A DNA stretch of 64,000 nt, taken from contig CM082593.2 in the NCBI GenBank assembly GCA_040954595.2, positions 10,429,477 to 10,493,476 of the forward strand. Direction: 5' to 3'. The translations under genes and the position numbers were made by a program. The notes below the pieces were generated by a model. That model was not told the origin of the DNA. It saw only the letters and a list, made by a program, of their open reading frames with translations, and ran no database searches. Source of the DNA: Balanoglossus misakiensis. Its lineage: Eukaryota; Animalia; Hemichordata. How positions within the stretch are numbered: the first letter of the stretch is position 1; each line of letters begins with the position of its first letter. Shown here piece after piece: positions 52,650 through 61,400 of the stretch.

Positions 52650-52657
52650 CTTTAAAG

Positions 52658-52842
52658 GTTGCCAGGGAATTGAAATTCTGCGTAGTTTTGGCACGATTCA
52701 GTCACCAGGGTATGATGTTAGCACTTACCCTGATGATGTTATGTGTAGCTGGTTAATCAAGGAACCAACTGGAAGACCATTAACTCTTATCTTTGATGAG
52801 AACTTTGGATTAGAGAGGAACACAGATGTTGATTACATCATT
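52658..52842 (+). CDS. Exon: CUB3 N-terminal half
   Basis: ttaaAG|...|GTgagt, phase 1-0. Translates GCQGIEILRSFGTIQSPGYDVSTYPDDVMCSWLIKEPTGRPLTLIFDENFGLERNTDVDYII. Confidence 0.9.
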
Positions 52843-53009
52843 GTGAGTATCAGATATGATCATGAGTCAGCCATGTTAAAAATATTTGTCATATTAAAAA
52901 ATTTGTCATATTATTTTGCAGTGATTTTAGTTTGACAATTTTGGCAGACATTACTTCAAACTATACAACTTTGGAAAACAATTTGGAAATTTAATTAATC
53001 ACATATATA

Positions 53010-53215
53010 CTGTAAAACGGGATACTTTTGCAACATGAAATTTTCGCGTTATCAAAAGAGGCAAGTGTTATGCAACAATAACTTTTCACGTTCTTGTATT
53101 TCACTGCATCATTATCCCCGAAAAACATTTTTACGCAACTTTTTATTTTCATGTTTTGATGGCTCTCACGTAGATCGCGAAAATTTATTGTTTGCGAACA
53201 TTTCCCATTTTACAG
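53010..53215. mobile_element. TA-flanked CTGTAAA MITE, copy 2
   Basis: TA|CTGTAAAACGGGA ... TCCCATTTTACAG|TA. Confidence 0.82.
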
Positions 53216-53261
53216 TATGTTGAGTAGCTGTTACAGCAGGAAATGCAACAAGGATTGAATA

Positions 53262-53456
53262 CTATAAAATTTTCGTGAACGATAAATTTTCGTAAACTAT
53301 GTGAGAGCCAAAAAATATGAAAATAAAAAGTCGCTTAAAATGCTTCAGAGATAACAATGCAGTAAAATATGGCAATGTGAAAATTAATTGTCGCGTAACA
53401 GTAGCCACCTTTGATATCGCGAAAATTTCCTGTTGTGAAGATTTCCCGTTTTACGG
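53262..53456. mobile_element. TA-flanked CTGTAAA MITE, copy 3 (opposite orientation to copy 2)
   Basis: TA|CTATAAAA ... TTCCCGTTTTACGG|TA. Internal GAGAGCCAAAAAA...TAGCCACCTTTGATATC matches copy 1. Confidence 0.75.
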
Positions 53457-53495
53457 TATTTACAATGCATGCTTAATTTGTCTTTGTTTCTGAAG

Positions 53496-53679
53496 GTATA
53501 CAATGGTACTGAGAGTGATGATGATGTCATTATTGGTCCATGGAGTGGCAATTCTGATGGAGTCATTGATGGCACTGTGCCACCACCCGATTGCCGTACA
53601 GACATTGGACACTTTTCGGTTGTGTTCAGGAGTAGTAGAACACGACCAGCTAAAGGATTCAGGGCTTCATTTTCACCAG
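53496..53679 (+). CDS. Exon: CUB3 C-terminal half
   Basis: tgaAG|...|GTacac, phase 0-1. Translates VYNGTESDDDVIIGPWSG...GHFSVVFRSSRTRPAKGFRASFSP. Confidence 0.9.
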
Positions 53680-53688
53680 GTACACATA

Positions 53689-53894
53689 CTGTAAAACACT
53701 TTATTTTCACGAGTTGAAATTTTCGCGACATCGAGAGAGGCCACTGTTTCGCCAGTATTAATTTTCGCGTTCTCTTATTTCATTCATTGCATCTTTATCT
53801 TCAAAAAAATTACGCACCTTTTTATTTTCACGCTATTTTGGCTCTCGCGTATTTCGCGAAAATCTCTTGCTCGCGAAAATAAAGTGTTTTACAG
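53689..53894. mobile_element. TA-flanked CTGTAAA MITE, copy 4
   Basis: TA|CTGTAAAACACTTTATTTTC ... GAAAATAAAGTGTTTTACAG|TA. Inserted ~9 bp after the exon's splice donor. Confidence 0.88.
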
Positions 53895-54115
53895 TAACTT
53901 ACTAACATTTCAGAAAAAGTTGTTACAGAATTCTTAGAAACACACTCTCCCTTTATTCCTTGTGATTTAGAGTCATTAATTGAAAGGTGCAAATGTTTTT
54001 GAATTTTTACGAAACTTCAAAGAGCTGGAAAAACAGAGACAGTAATTTCTTACAATTGCAATGCAATTTTGGACCATTGACAGGAATGGCAACACTCTTG
54101 TATCACACTCAATAA

Positions 54116-54339
54116 AGTGATGGGGTCGTCGCACTGCGTTTGTTTGTTTATAAACATTGCAATTCATCCACAAATCCCTGAAATTAGACAGCCACGACCT
54201 ACTAGGATCTTCAGTTGCTGTCATGGACAGTCTAGGATACTGTCAGCTGCTTCGTTCATTCTAAGAATTATCTTATTTGAGGGATTTGTGGATGAATTGT
54301 AATGTTTATAAACAAACGCATTGCGACGACCCCTTCACT
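54116..54339. mobile_element. TTAA-type MITE with ~65-bp TIRs
   Basis: AGTGATGGGGTCGTCGCA...AATTCATCCACAAATCCCT pairs with AGGGATTTGTGGATGAATT...TGCGACGACCCCTTCACT|TTAA. Confidence 0.8.
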
Positions 54340-54414
54340 TTAAAACAACTGACATTTATGAGTTTAAGTATTTGTCTGCATGCATTCTTATCATTGTGAT
54401 CCTTGTTCTGACAG

Positions 54415-54515
54415 ACTGTCCCGAAATTGTGATTAGTGAGGGCGTGGTGACCAGTACAGAGATAGAAGGTATGATGTCTCTGTCTCATTCCAATGCTCGG
54501 ACGGTTATCCAGTAG
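54415..54515 (+). pseudogene. Exon remnant: CCP/sushi 1, frameshifted and truncated
   Basis: gacAG|DCPEIVISEGVVTST, then after a 2-nt GA duplication at ~54459 DRRYDVSVSFQCSDGYPV. The exon is cut off by a TTAA|AGGGGA element at 54516. Confidence 0.78.
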
Positions 54516-54519
54516 TTAA

Positions 54520-54600
54520 AGGGGATGTCCGGTCTAGCTGATATCTACATAATTTTGTAGCTTTGAGGTCACTCTTTCAGGAAAAAAAAAACATTTTTGC
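54520..54600. mobile_element. Truncated TTAA MITE, same family as 58150-58256
   Basis: TTAA|AGGGGATGTCCGG...CTACATAATT..GTAGCTTTGAGGTCA.TCTTTCAG, shared with the copy at 58150. Confidence 0.75.
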
Positions 54601-54760
54601 CGTGTATAAGTCGTACCAGCTATGCAAATATGCCTAGCCTGGTGTCTTGTATCCAAGATAATTAATGAAAAAAGTGCAGTGATGAGAGAGACTTAATTTG
54701 TCTCTTGAATCTATTGTTAGCAACAACTTGAATGACACTAATTTGTTGTTTATTTTTTAG

Positions 54761-54940
54761 GAATAACATGTGGTGGACCCCCTGAGTGCAGCAATGGAAT
54801 TCTTACCAATGTTACCAGTACAGTGTATGGTGGCATTGCTTATTATCAATGCATTGAGGGCTATCAGTTTATAAATAATGTGTCTTCATTGGAATGCCAA
54901 GCAGATGGTGTCTGGGGTCCACTTGTGCCCCAATGCGAGC
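54761..54940 (+). CDS. Exon: CCP/sushi 2
   Basis: ttttAG|...|GTaagt, phase 1-1. Translates ITCGGPPECSNGILTNVTSTVYGGIAYYQCIEGYQF...LECQADGVWGPLVPQCE. Confidence 0.92.
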
Positions 54941-55043
54941 GTAAGTTGATATTTTTGAAAACAATTAAACTGCCATTGTAGTGCACACTTAGGAGACGGA
55001 TTTTCAGAAAAATGTTAGTCCTCTGAACCTTTCAGTGCTTTAA

Positions 55044-55343
55044 AGCCACTAGAGCTGCCACTTTTTGCATTTATTTTCAGATTTTATTTTCCGACGTAGA
55101 TTGGTACATTGAAATAATTAAGCTTACTGATAGGGATACAAGAACATGTCATCAATGCCTGATTGTGGCTGTATGTTGCAATTTAAACGTGCAATGTATT
55201 AAACAGGTGCCGTACCCATTTTATTAAAATCAGCCTCCATACAAACAGTATGCAGCTAGCTATCGTGGTATGCATCACCATAGATTTGAAAGGTTTTACT
55301 GTGGAAAAGAAAAAAATTGTGAAATTTGGCAGCTCTAGAGGCT
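55044..55343. mobile_element. 300-bp TTAA MITE (Kolobok-like)
   Basis: TTAA|AGCCACTAGAGCTGCCA ... TGGCAGCTCTAGAGGCT|TTAA. Confidence 0.85.
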
Positions 55344-55644
55344 TTAAAGTGTGTGATGAGTCGTTTTGAAAACAAAGTATAACACAGGGTGTTCACTGTC
55401 ATGTTTTCATAAAAATCACTGACTCAAGTTGAAATTCTCTCCATAGCGTTATGATGGGGCACTTTGTGCTGGTTGCTACATTCCACATGGGTGTCTAATT
55501 GGGACATTACACACTGAATGTTAAACCAGACACTGGTAACTTGAAAATATGCAGGATTGTGAGGGTTACTGCTACATGTCCCTCTAAACCATTTTCCTAG
55601 TATTAACACACTTGTAATGTTATCTGTTCATCTTATCCAAACAG

Positions 55645-55827
55645 CTCGCGAGTGTCCACCACCGAATGTAGACAACTACTTATCATATGAAATTGTTAAT
55701 GGTGATTCATTGATTTTTGGAACAACCGTTGCCTACTCATGTCCATCTGGCTACAGTCTGACTGGCTACACTGTCTCTACATGTGGTGAAGATGGATCAT
55801 GGATTGGAGATCCAGGATACTGTCAAC
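55645..55827 (+). CDS. Exon: CCP/sushi 3
   Basis: aacAG|...|GTaagt. Translates RECPPPNVDNYLSYEIVNGDSLIFGTTVAYSCPSGYSLTGYTVSTCGEDGSWIGDPGYCQ. Confidence 0.93.
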
Positions 55828-56137
55828 GTAAGTCATTTAAGGATGTACATTCAGTAAAATTGAAAATATGGTCATTTCTTTTAATTGTTAATTTTTGGAT
55901 TATCCTATGTATGTATAATGAAAATTTGTGATAAAATATAGGGGTCACCACGCTTGTTTTTGAAATACAGAGTCATGAATTTAGTCGATAATTGAAAAAA
56001 AGGAGTCAATGGTATCTGGACTTTTATAGTGGGAACTTGGGGTGAAAATGTTAAAGTTGTGACAGAATACAGATACCCAATATATATACCACAATCAAGT
56101 CTGCATCCACATAGTGTTTTATTTTTTTTACTTGCAG

Positions 56138-56320
56138 GATTGAACTGCAGTGATATACTCATAACAGACCCACATCTACAAGCTGTCCCTGATAGTGGAC
56201 CATATTATATGGGCAGTAACATCACATTCTATTGTAATGCTGGCTATGAATTAAATGGTGCTGATTACCTGACTTGTCAATCCGATTTACAGTGGAATAG
56301 TGCAATACCATCATGCATTG
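56138..56320 (+). CDS. Exon: CCP/sushi 4
   Basis: ttgcAG|...|GTaagt. Translates LNCSDILITDPHL...YYMGSNITFYCNAGYELNGADYLTCQSDLQWNSAIPSCI. Confidence 0.93.
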
Positions 56321-56513
56321 GTAAGTTCACATCAAGATTGGTCTTCATGTGGTTGTCTGCTTATGAGGTACCGTAATCGATCACTCCAGTAATTTGACTA
56401 TTTATCATAAATGTCACCTAAACTACATGCTGATAGGACATACAGTTCATGCCATGCAAATCTATGGCTGTCAGAAATTTCATGATTTTCGTAATTTTAT
56501 TTTTCATTGATTA

Positions 56514-56709
56514 CTGTAAAACAGGAAATTTTCGCGACAAAGAAATTTTTTGCGATATCAAAAGCAGAAACTGTTATGAGACGATTAATTTTCATGTTCT
56601 CGTATTTCACTACATTGTTATCACTGAAAATAGTTTTTTACACAAAAATGTCTTTTTTTGGGGGGCTCTTGCATAGTTCGCGAAAATTTGTTTGTGAAAA
56701 TTTCCTGTT
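56514..56709. mobile_element. TA-flanked CTGTAAA MITE, copy 5 (right end eroded)
   Basis: TA|CTGTAAAACAGGAAATTTTCGCG ... GAAAATTTCCTGTT. Confidence 0.78.
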
Positions 56710-56798
56710 GGTCTGGTGGTTCCCGGCTAAACTTGTTGGTCTGAATTTACCAGCGGACCTGTGGGATTTTGATCATATCTTGATGAATAACATTTCAG

Positions 56799-56927
56799 AT
56801 ATCAATGAATGTAGTACATTGGTGGCACGGTGTGGAATCAATCAAGTCTGTGAAAATAGAGATGGTGACTATCAGTGTGCATGTTTGGTGGGATTTGAAC
56901 CAGATGTGAATGGAACAGCATGCAAAG
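56799..56927 (+). CDS. Exon: calcium-binding EGF domain 1
   Basis: tttcAG|...|GTgaga. Translates DINECSTLVARCGINQVCENRDGDYQCACLVGFEPDVNGTACK. Confidence 0.94.
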
Positions 56928-57448
56928 GTGAGACATAAACAAGTCACTTGCAACATAACTTCAAGTCACTATTTTCACATTTAACACATTCCGAACTTAT
57001 TTCAGAATTCCGGATAAATTTTTGGAATGACCTTTTAATCTCAGGTGTCTTTTTCTCATAGGATTACATTGATAATTGCTAGAAAACAAACTTCTACTAT
57101 TGTCATTTTCACGAAATTTTACACATAGCTCAGTCTAGTAAATATAAATTCATTGGTCAAATAAAATTGTGTGATTACAATGCTCTATTTTGAGATAAAT
57201 TTCTTTAAGGTTTTTGTCCATAGACAAACCATTGGTGAACCATGCTGAGTCAGCAGGTTTCTTCTATTATCAACTAAATTAATGGCCTTGTATTTCAAAA
57301 GCAAGCAAGGTGACGCCTTTATTTTATCACAGATTCATCTTGTACGTACACAAGATAATCCCAAAATTCACGATTAAAAGAAATGACAATACTTTCAATT
57401 TTACTGAACGTACATTGTTTTAATCCAATCCATGTTCCTTCTTTGTAG

Positions 57449-57634
57449 ATATAAATGAATGTGCTTCACATTCTTGTGATCAACTTTGTAAAAACACTGC
57501 AGGTGGTTTTCAATGTTCCTGTGAAGAAGGCTATCTCTTATATGCAAATAACGGCACAGGTGGATTCTATCTGCCACCTGGAGAAACTGGTCTCTCAATG
57601 TATGATGTCTACACTTTTAACCAATCATGTGTTC
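57449..57634 (+). CDS. Exon: calcium-binding EGF domain 2 with Uif-type insert
   Basis: ttgtAG|...|GTaagt. Translates DINECASHSCDQLCKNTAGGFQCSCEEGYLLYANNGTGGFYLPPGETGLSMYDVYTFNQSCV. Confidence 0.93.
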
Positions 57635-57663
57635 GTAAGTATCATGTTAAACTATAGAGTTAA

Positions 57664-57848
57664 AGGTATATGATCACCCATGGAAAATTAGCTATATATA
57701 GTTACCATGGAAAATTGAAATCTAGCCAATCACAGATTTTCATTTGGTGGCACACGTGGAAAACAGGCGCCACCATATGTTCTTTAGAATGCTCAAATAC
57801 GCCATTCAGCCATATATGGGAATGTGTATTGAAGGTGACTGTATACTT
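57664..57848. mobile_element. 185-bp TTAA MITE
   Basis: TTAA|AGGTATA ... TATACTT|TTAA. A second copy lies inverted at 43441-43574. Confidence 0.8.
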
Positions 57849-58149
57849 TTAACCAAGATTTGTCATATTATTGACCTTTATACCGCAATGAATTTGCAGC
57901 AACAAAAAGTGGACAAAAAGCTGAATTTCATAATTGGATTTCATAATTTTGCCGTAATTCAATAATGAAATGTGGAGAAAGTAAGCAGACCAACTTTGCA
58001 CTGTTATTATTTATTTTGGATTTGTTTCCCTCCTGCTAACAAAAGTGTCCTCTCACCTCATGGCATGAAGATGCATTGAATTCTGAGAAAAAGGGGATTA
58101 ATACTTGAGTGTATTTACAAAGACAAACAAGCTCACTGGTAGCATTTAA

Positions 58150-58256
58150 AGGGGAAGTCCGGTTCAGCTACATAATTGGGTAGCTTTGAGGTCATTCTTT
58201 CAGAAAAAAACATTGTGTAGAAATTATGCATAAATCAGCTGGACAGGACTTCCCTT
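58150..58256. mobile_element. 107-bp TTAA mini-MITE
   Basis: TTAA|AGGGGAAGTCC ... GGACTTCCCTT|TTAA. Confidence 0.8.
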
Positions 58257-58468
58257 TTAATATTTCCAAGCAAGGCAATTGGTTTACTGCAACAATTACT
58301 TTGAAAACACAGTGTAAAACAACAATCATGATATGAATGTTACTTTAATAGATAGTCATACTTATATAAGCATGACTGTCTATGTTGGTCTGTAAGTTGT
58401 ATTTGAAAGAAAAGTTTCATGTACGAATAGTACAAAGATTGACATTTAGTCCACAAAACCTACCATTA

Positions 58469-61400
58469 ACATTAACCAGAGCACACAGTAACCAGGCCAG
58501 AGTGGCCAGTATCGTGCCCATTAATTTTGAGTGTTTGATAGGGGTCAACCTTTGCGTGAACATTAACCAGAGCACACAGTAACCAGGCCGTAGTGGACAG
58601 TGTTCTGCCCATTAATTTTGAGTGTTTGGTGGGGTCAACCTTTGCGTCAACATTAACCAGAGCACACAGTAACCAGGCCATAGTGGACAGTGTGCTGCCC
58701 ATTAATTTTGAGTGTTTGGTGGGGTCAACCTTTGCGTCAACATTAACCAGAGCACACAGTAACCAGGCCGTAGTGGACAGTGTTCTGCCCATTAATTTTG
58801 AGTGTTTGGTGGGGTCAACCTTTGCGTCAACATTAACCAGAGCACACAGTAACCAGGCCGTAGTGGACAGTGTTCTGCCCATTAATTTTGAGTGTTTGGT
58901 GGGGTCAACCTTTGCGTCAACATTAACCAGAGCACACAGTAACCAGGCCGTAGTGGACAGTGTTCTGCCCATTAATTTTGAGTGTTTGGTGGGGTCAACC
59001 TTTGCGTCAACATTAACTAGGCCAGAGTGGCCAGTATCGTGCCCATTAAGTTTTAGTGTTTGGTGGGGTCAACCTTTGCGTCAACATTAACTAGGCCAGA
59101 GTGGCCAGTATCGTGCCCATTAATTTTGAGTGTTTGGTGGGGTCAACCTTTGCGTCAACATTAACTAGGCCAGAGTGGCCAGTATCGTGCCCATTAATTT
59201 TGAGTGTTTGGTGGGGTCAACCTTTGCGTCAACATTAACTAGGCCAGAGTGGCCAGTATCGTGCCCATTAATTTTGAGTGTTTGGTGGGGGTCAACCTTT
59301 GCGTCAACATTAACCAGAGCACACAGTAACCAGGCCGTAGTGGACAGTGTTCTGCCCATTAATTTTGAGTGTTTGGTGGGGTCAACCTTTGCGTCAACAT
59401 TAACCAGAGCACACAGTAACCAGGCCATAGTGGACAGTGTTCTGCCCATTAATTTTGAGTGTTTGGTGGGGTCAACCTTTGCGTCAACATTAACCAGAGC
59501 ACACAGTAACCAGGCCGTAGTGGACAGTGTTCTGCCCATTAATTTTGAGTGTTTGGTGGGGTCAACCTTTGCGTCAACATTAACCAGAGCACACAGTAAC
59601 CAGGCCGTAGTGGACAGTGTTCTGCCCATTAATTTTGAGTGTTTGGTGGGGTCAACCTTTGCGTCAACATTAACCAGAGCACACAGTAACCAGGCCGTAG
59701 TGGACAGTGTTCTGCCCATTAATTTTGAGTGTTTGGTGGGGTCAACCTTTGCGTCAACATTAACCAGAGCACACAGTAACCAGGCCATAGTGGACAGTGT
59801 TCTGCCCATTAATTTTGAGTGTTTGGTGGGGTCAACCTTTGCGTCAACATTAACCAGAGCACACAGTAACCAGGCCATAGTGGACAGTGTTCTGCCCATT
59901 AATTTTGAGTGTTTGGTGGGGTCAACCTTTGCGTCAACATTAACCAGAGCACACAGTAACCAGGCCGTAGTGGACAGTGTTCTGGCCATTAATTTTGAGT
60001 GTTTGGTGGGGTCAACCTTTGCGTCAACATTAACCAGAGCACACAGTAACCAGGCCGTAGTGGACAGTGTTCTGGCCATTAATTTTGAGTGTTTGGTGGG
60101 GTCAACCTTTGCGTCAACATTAACCAGAGCACACAGTAACCAGGCCGTAGTGGACAGTGTTCTGGCCATTAATTTTGAGTGTTTGGTGGGGTCAACCTTT
60201 GCGTCAACATTAACCAGAGCACACAGTAACCAGGCCGTAGTGGACAGTGTTCTGGCCATTAATTTTGAGTGTTTGGTGGGGTCAACCTTTGCGTCAACAT
60301 TAACCAGAGCACACAGTAACCAGGCCGTAGTGGACAGTGTTCTGCCCATTAATTTTGAGTGTTTGGTGGGGTCAACCTTTGCGTCAACATTAACCAGAGC
60401 ACACAGTAACCAGGCCGTAGTGGACAGTGTTCTGCCCATTAATTTTGAGTGTTTGGTGGGGTCAACCTTTGCGTCAACATTAACCAGAGCACACAGTAAC
60501 CAGGCCGTAGTGGACAGTGTTCTGCCCATTAATTTTGAGTGTTTGGTGGGGTCAACCTTTGCGTCAACATTAACCAGAGCACACAGTAACCAGGCCATAG
60601 TGGACAGTGTGCTGCCCATTAATTTTGAGTGTTTGGTGGGGTCAACCTTTGCGTCAACATTAACCAGAGCACACAGTAACCAGGCCGTAGTGGACAGTGT
60701 TCTGCCCATTAATTTTGAGTGTTTGGTGGGGTCAACCTTTGCGTCAACATTAACCAGAGCACACAGTAACCAGGCCGTAGTGGACAGTGTTCTGCCCATT
60801 AATTTTGAGTGTTTGGTGGGGTCAACCTTTGCGTCAACATTAACCAGAGCACACAGTAACCAGGCCGTAGTGGACAGTGTTCTGCCCATTAATTTTGAGT
60901 GTTTGGTGGGGTCAACCTTTGCGTCAACATTAACCAGAGCACACAGTAACCAGGCCGTAGTGGACAGTGTTCTGCCCATTAATTTTGAGTGTTTGGTGGG
61001 GTCAACCTTTGCGTCAACATTAACCAGAGCACACAGTAACCAGGCCGTAGTGGACAGTGTTCTGCCCATTAATTTTGAGTGTTTGGTGGGGTCAACCTTT
61101 GCGTCAACATTAACCAGAGCACACAGTAACCAGGCCGTAGTGGACAGTGTTCTGCCCATTAATTTTGAGTGTTTGGTGGGGTCAACCTTTGCGTCAACAT
61201 TAACCAGAGCACACAGTAACCAGGCCCTAGTGGACAGTGTTCTGCCCATTAATTTTGAGTGTTTGGTGGGGTCAACCTTTGCGTCAACATTAACCAGAGC
61301 ACACAGTAACCAGGCCGTAGTGGACAGTGTTCTGCCCATTAATTTTGAGTGTTTGGTGGGGTCAACCTTTGCGTCAACATTAACCAGAGCACACAGTAAC

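Larger units (their letters stand above)
45622..57634 (+). pseudogene. uif: uninflatable/SP1070-like multidomain extracellular protein gene (CLECT-CUBx3-CCPx4-EGFx2), probably a decayed copy
   Basis: 13 exons, almost all bounded by GT-AG, in the domain order I recall for Drosophila Uif. The second EGF has the distinctive insert GYLLYANNGTGGFYLPPGETG...NQSCV, resembling the Uif motif LYTxNGTAG...ExGxxxGDxxxxNKTCV. Lesions: TGA at 51100, frameshift at ~54459, lost donor at ~49171 and missing exons. Confidence 0.72.
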
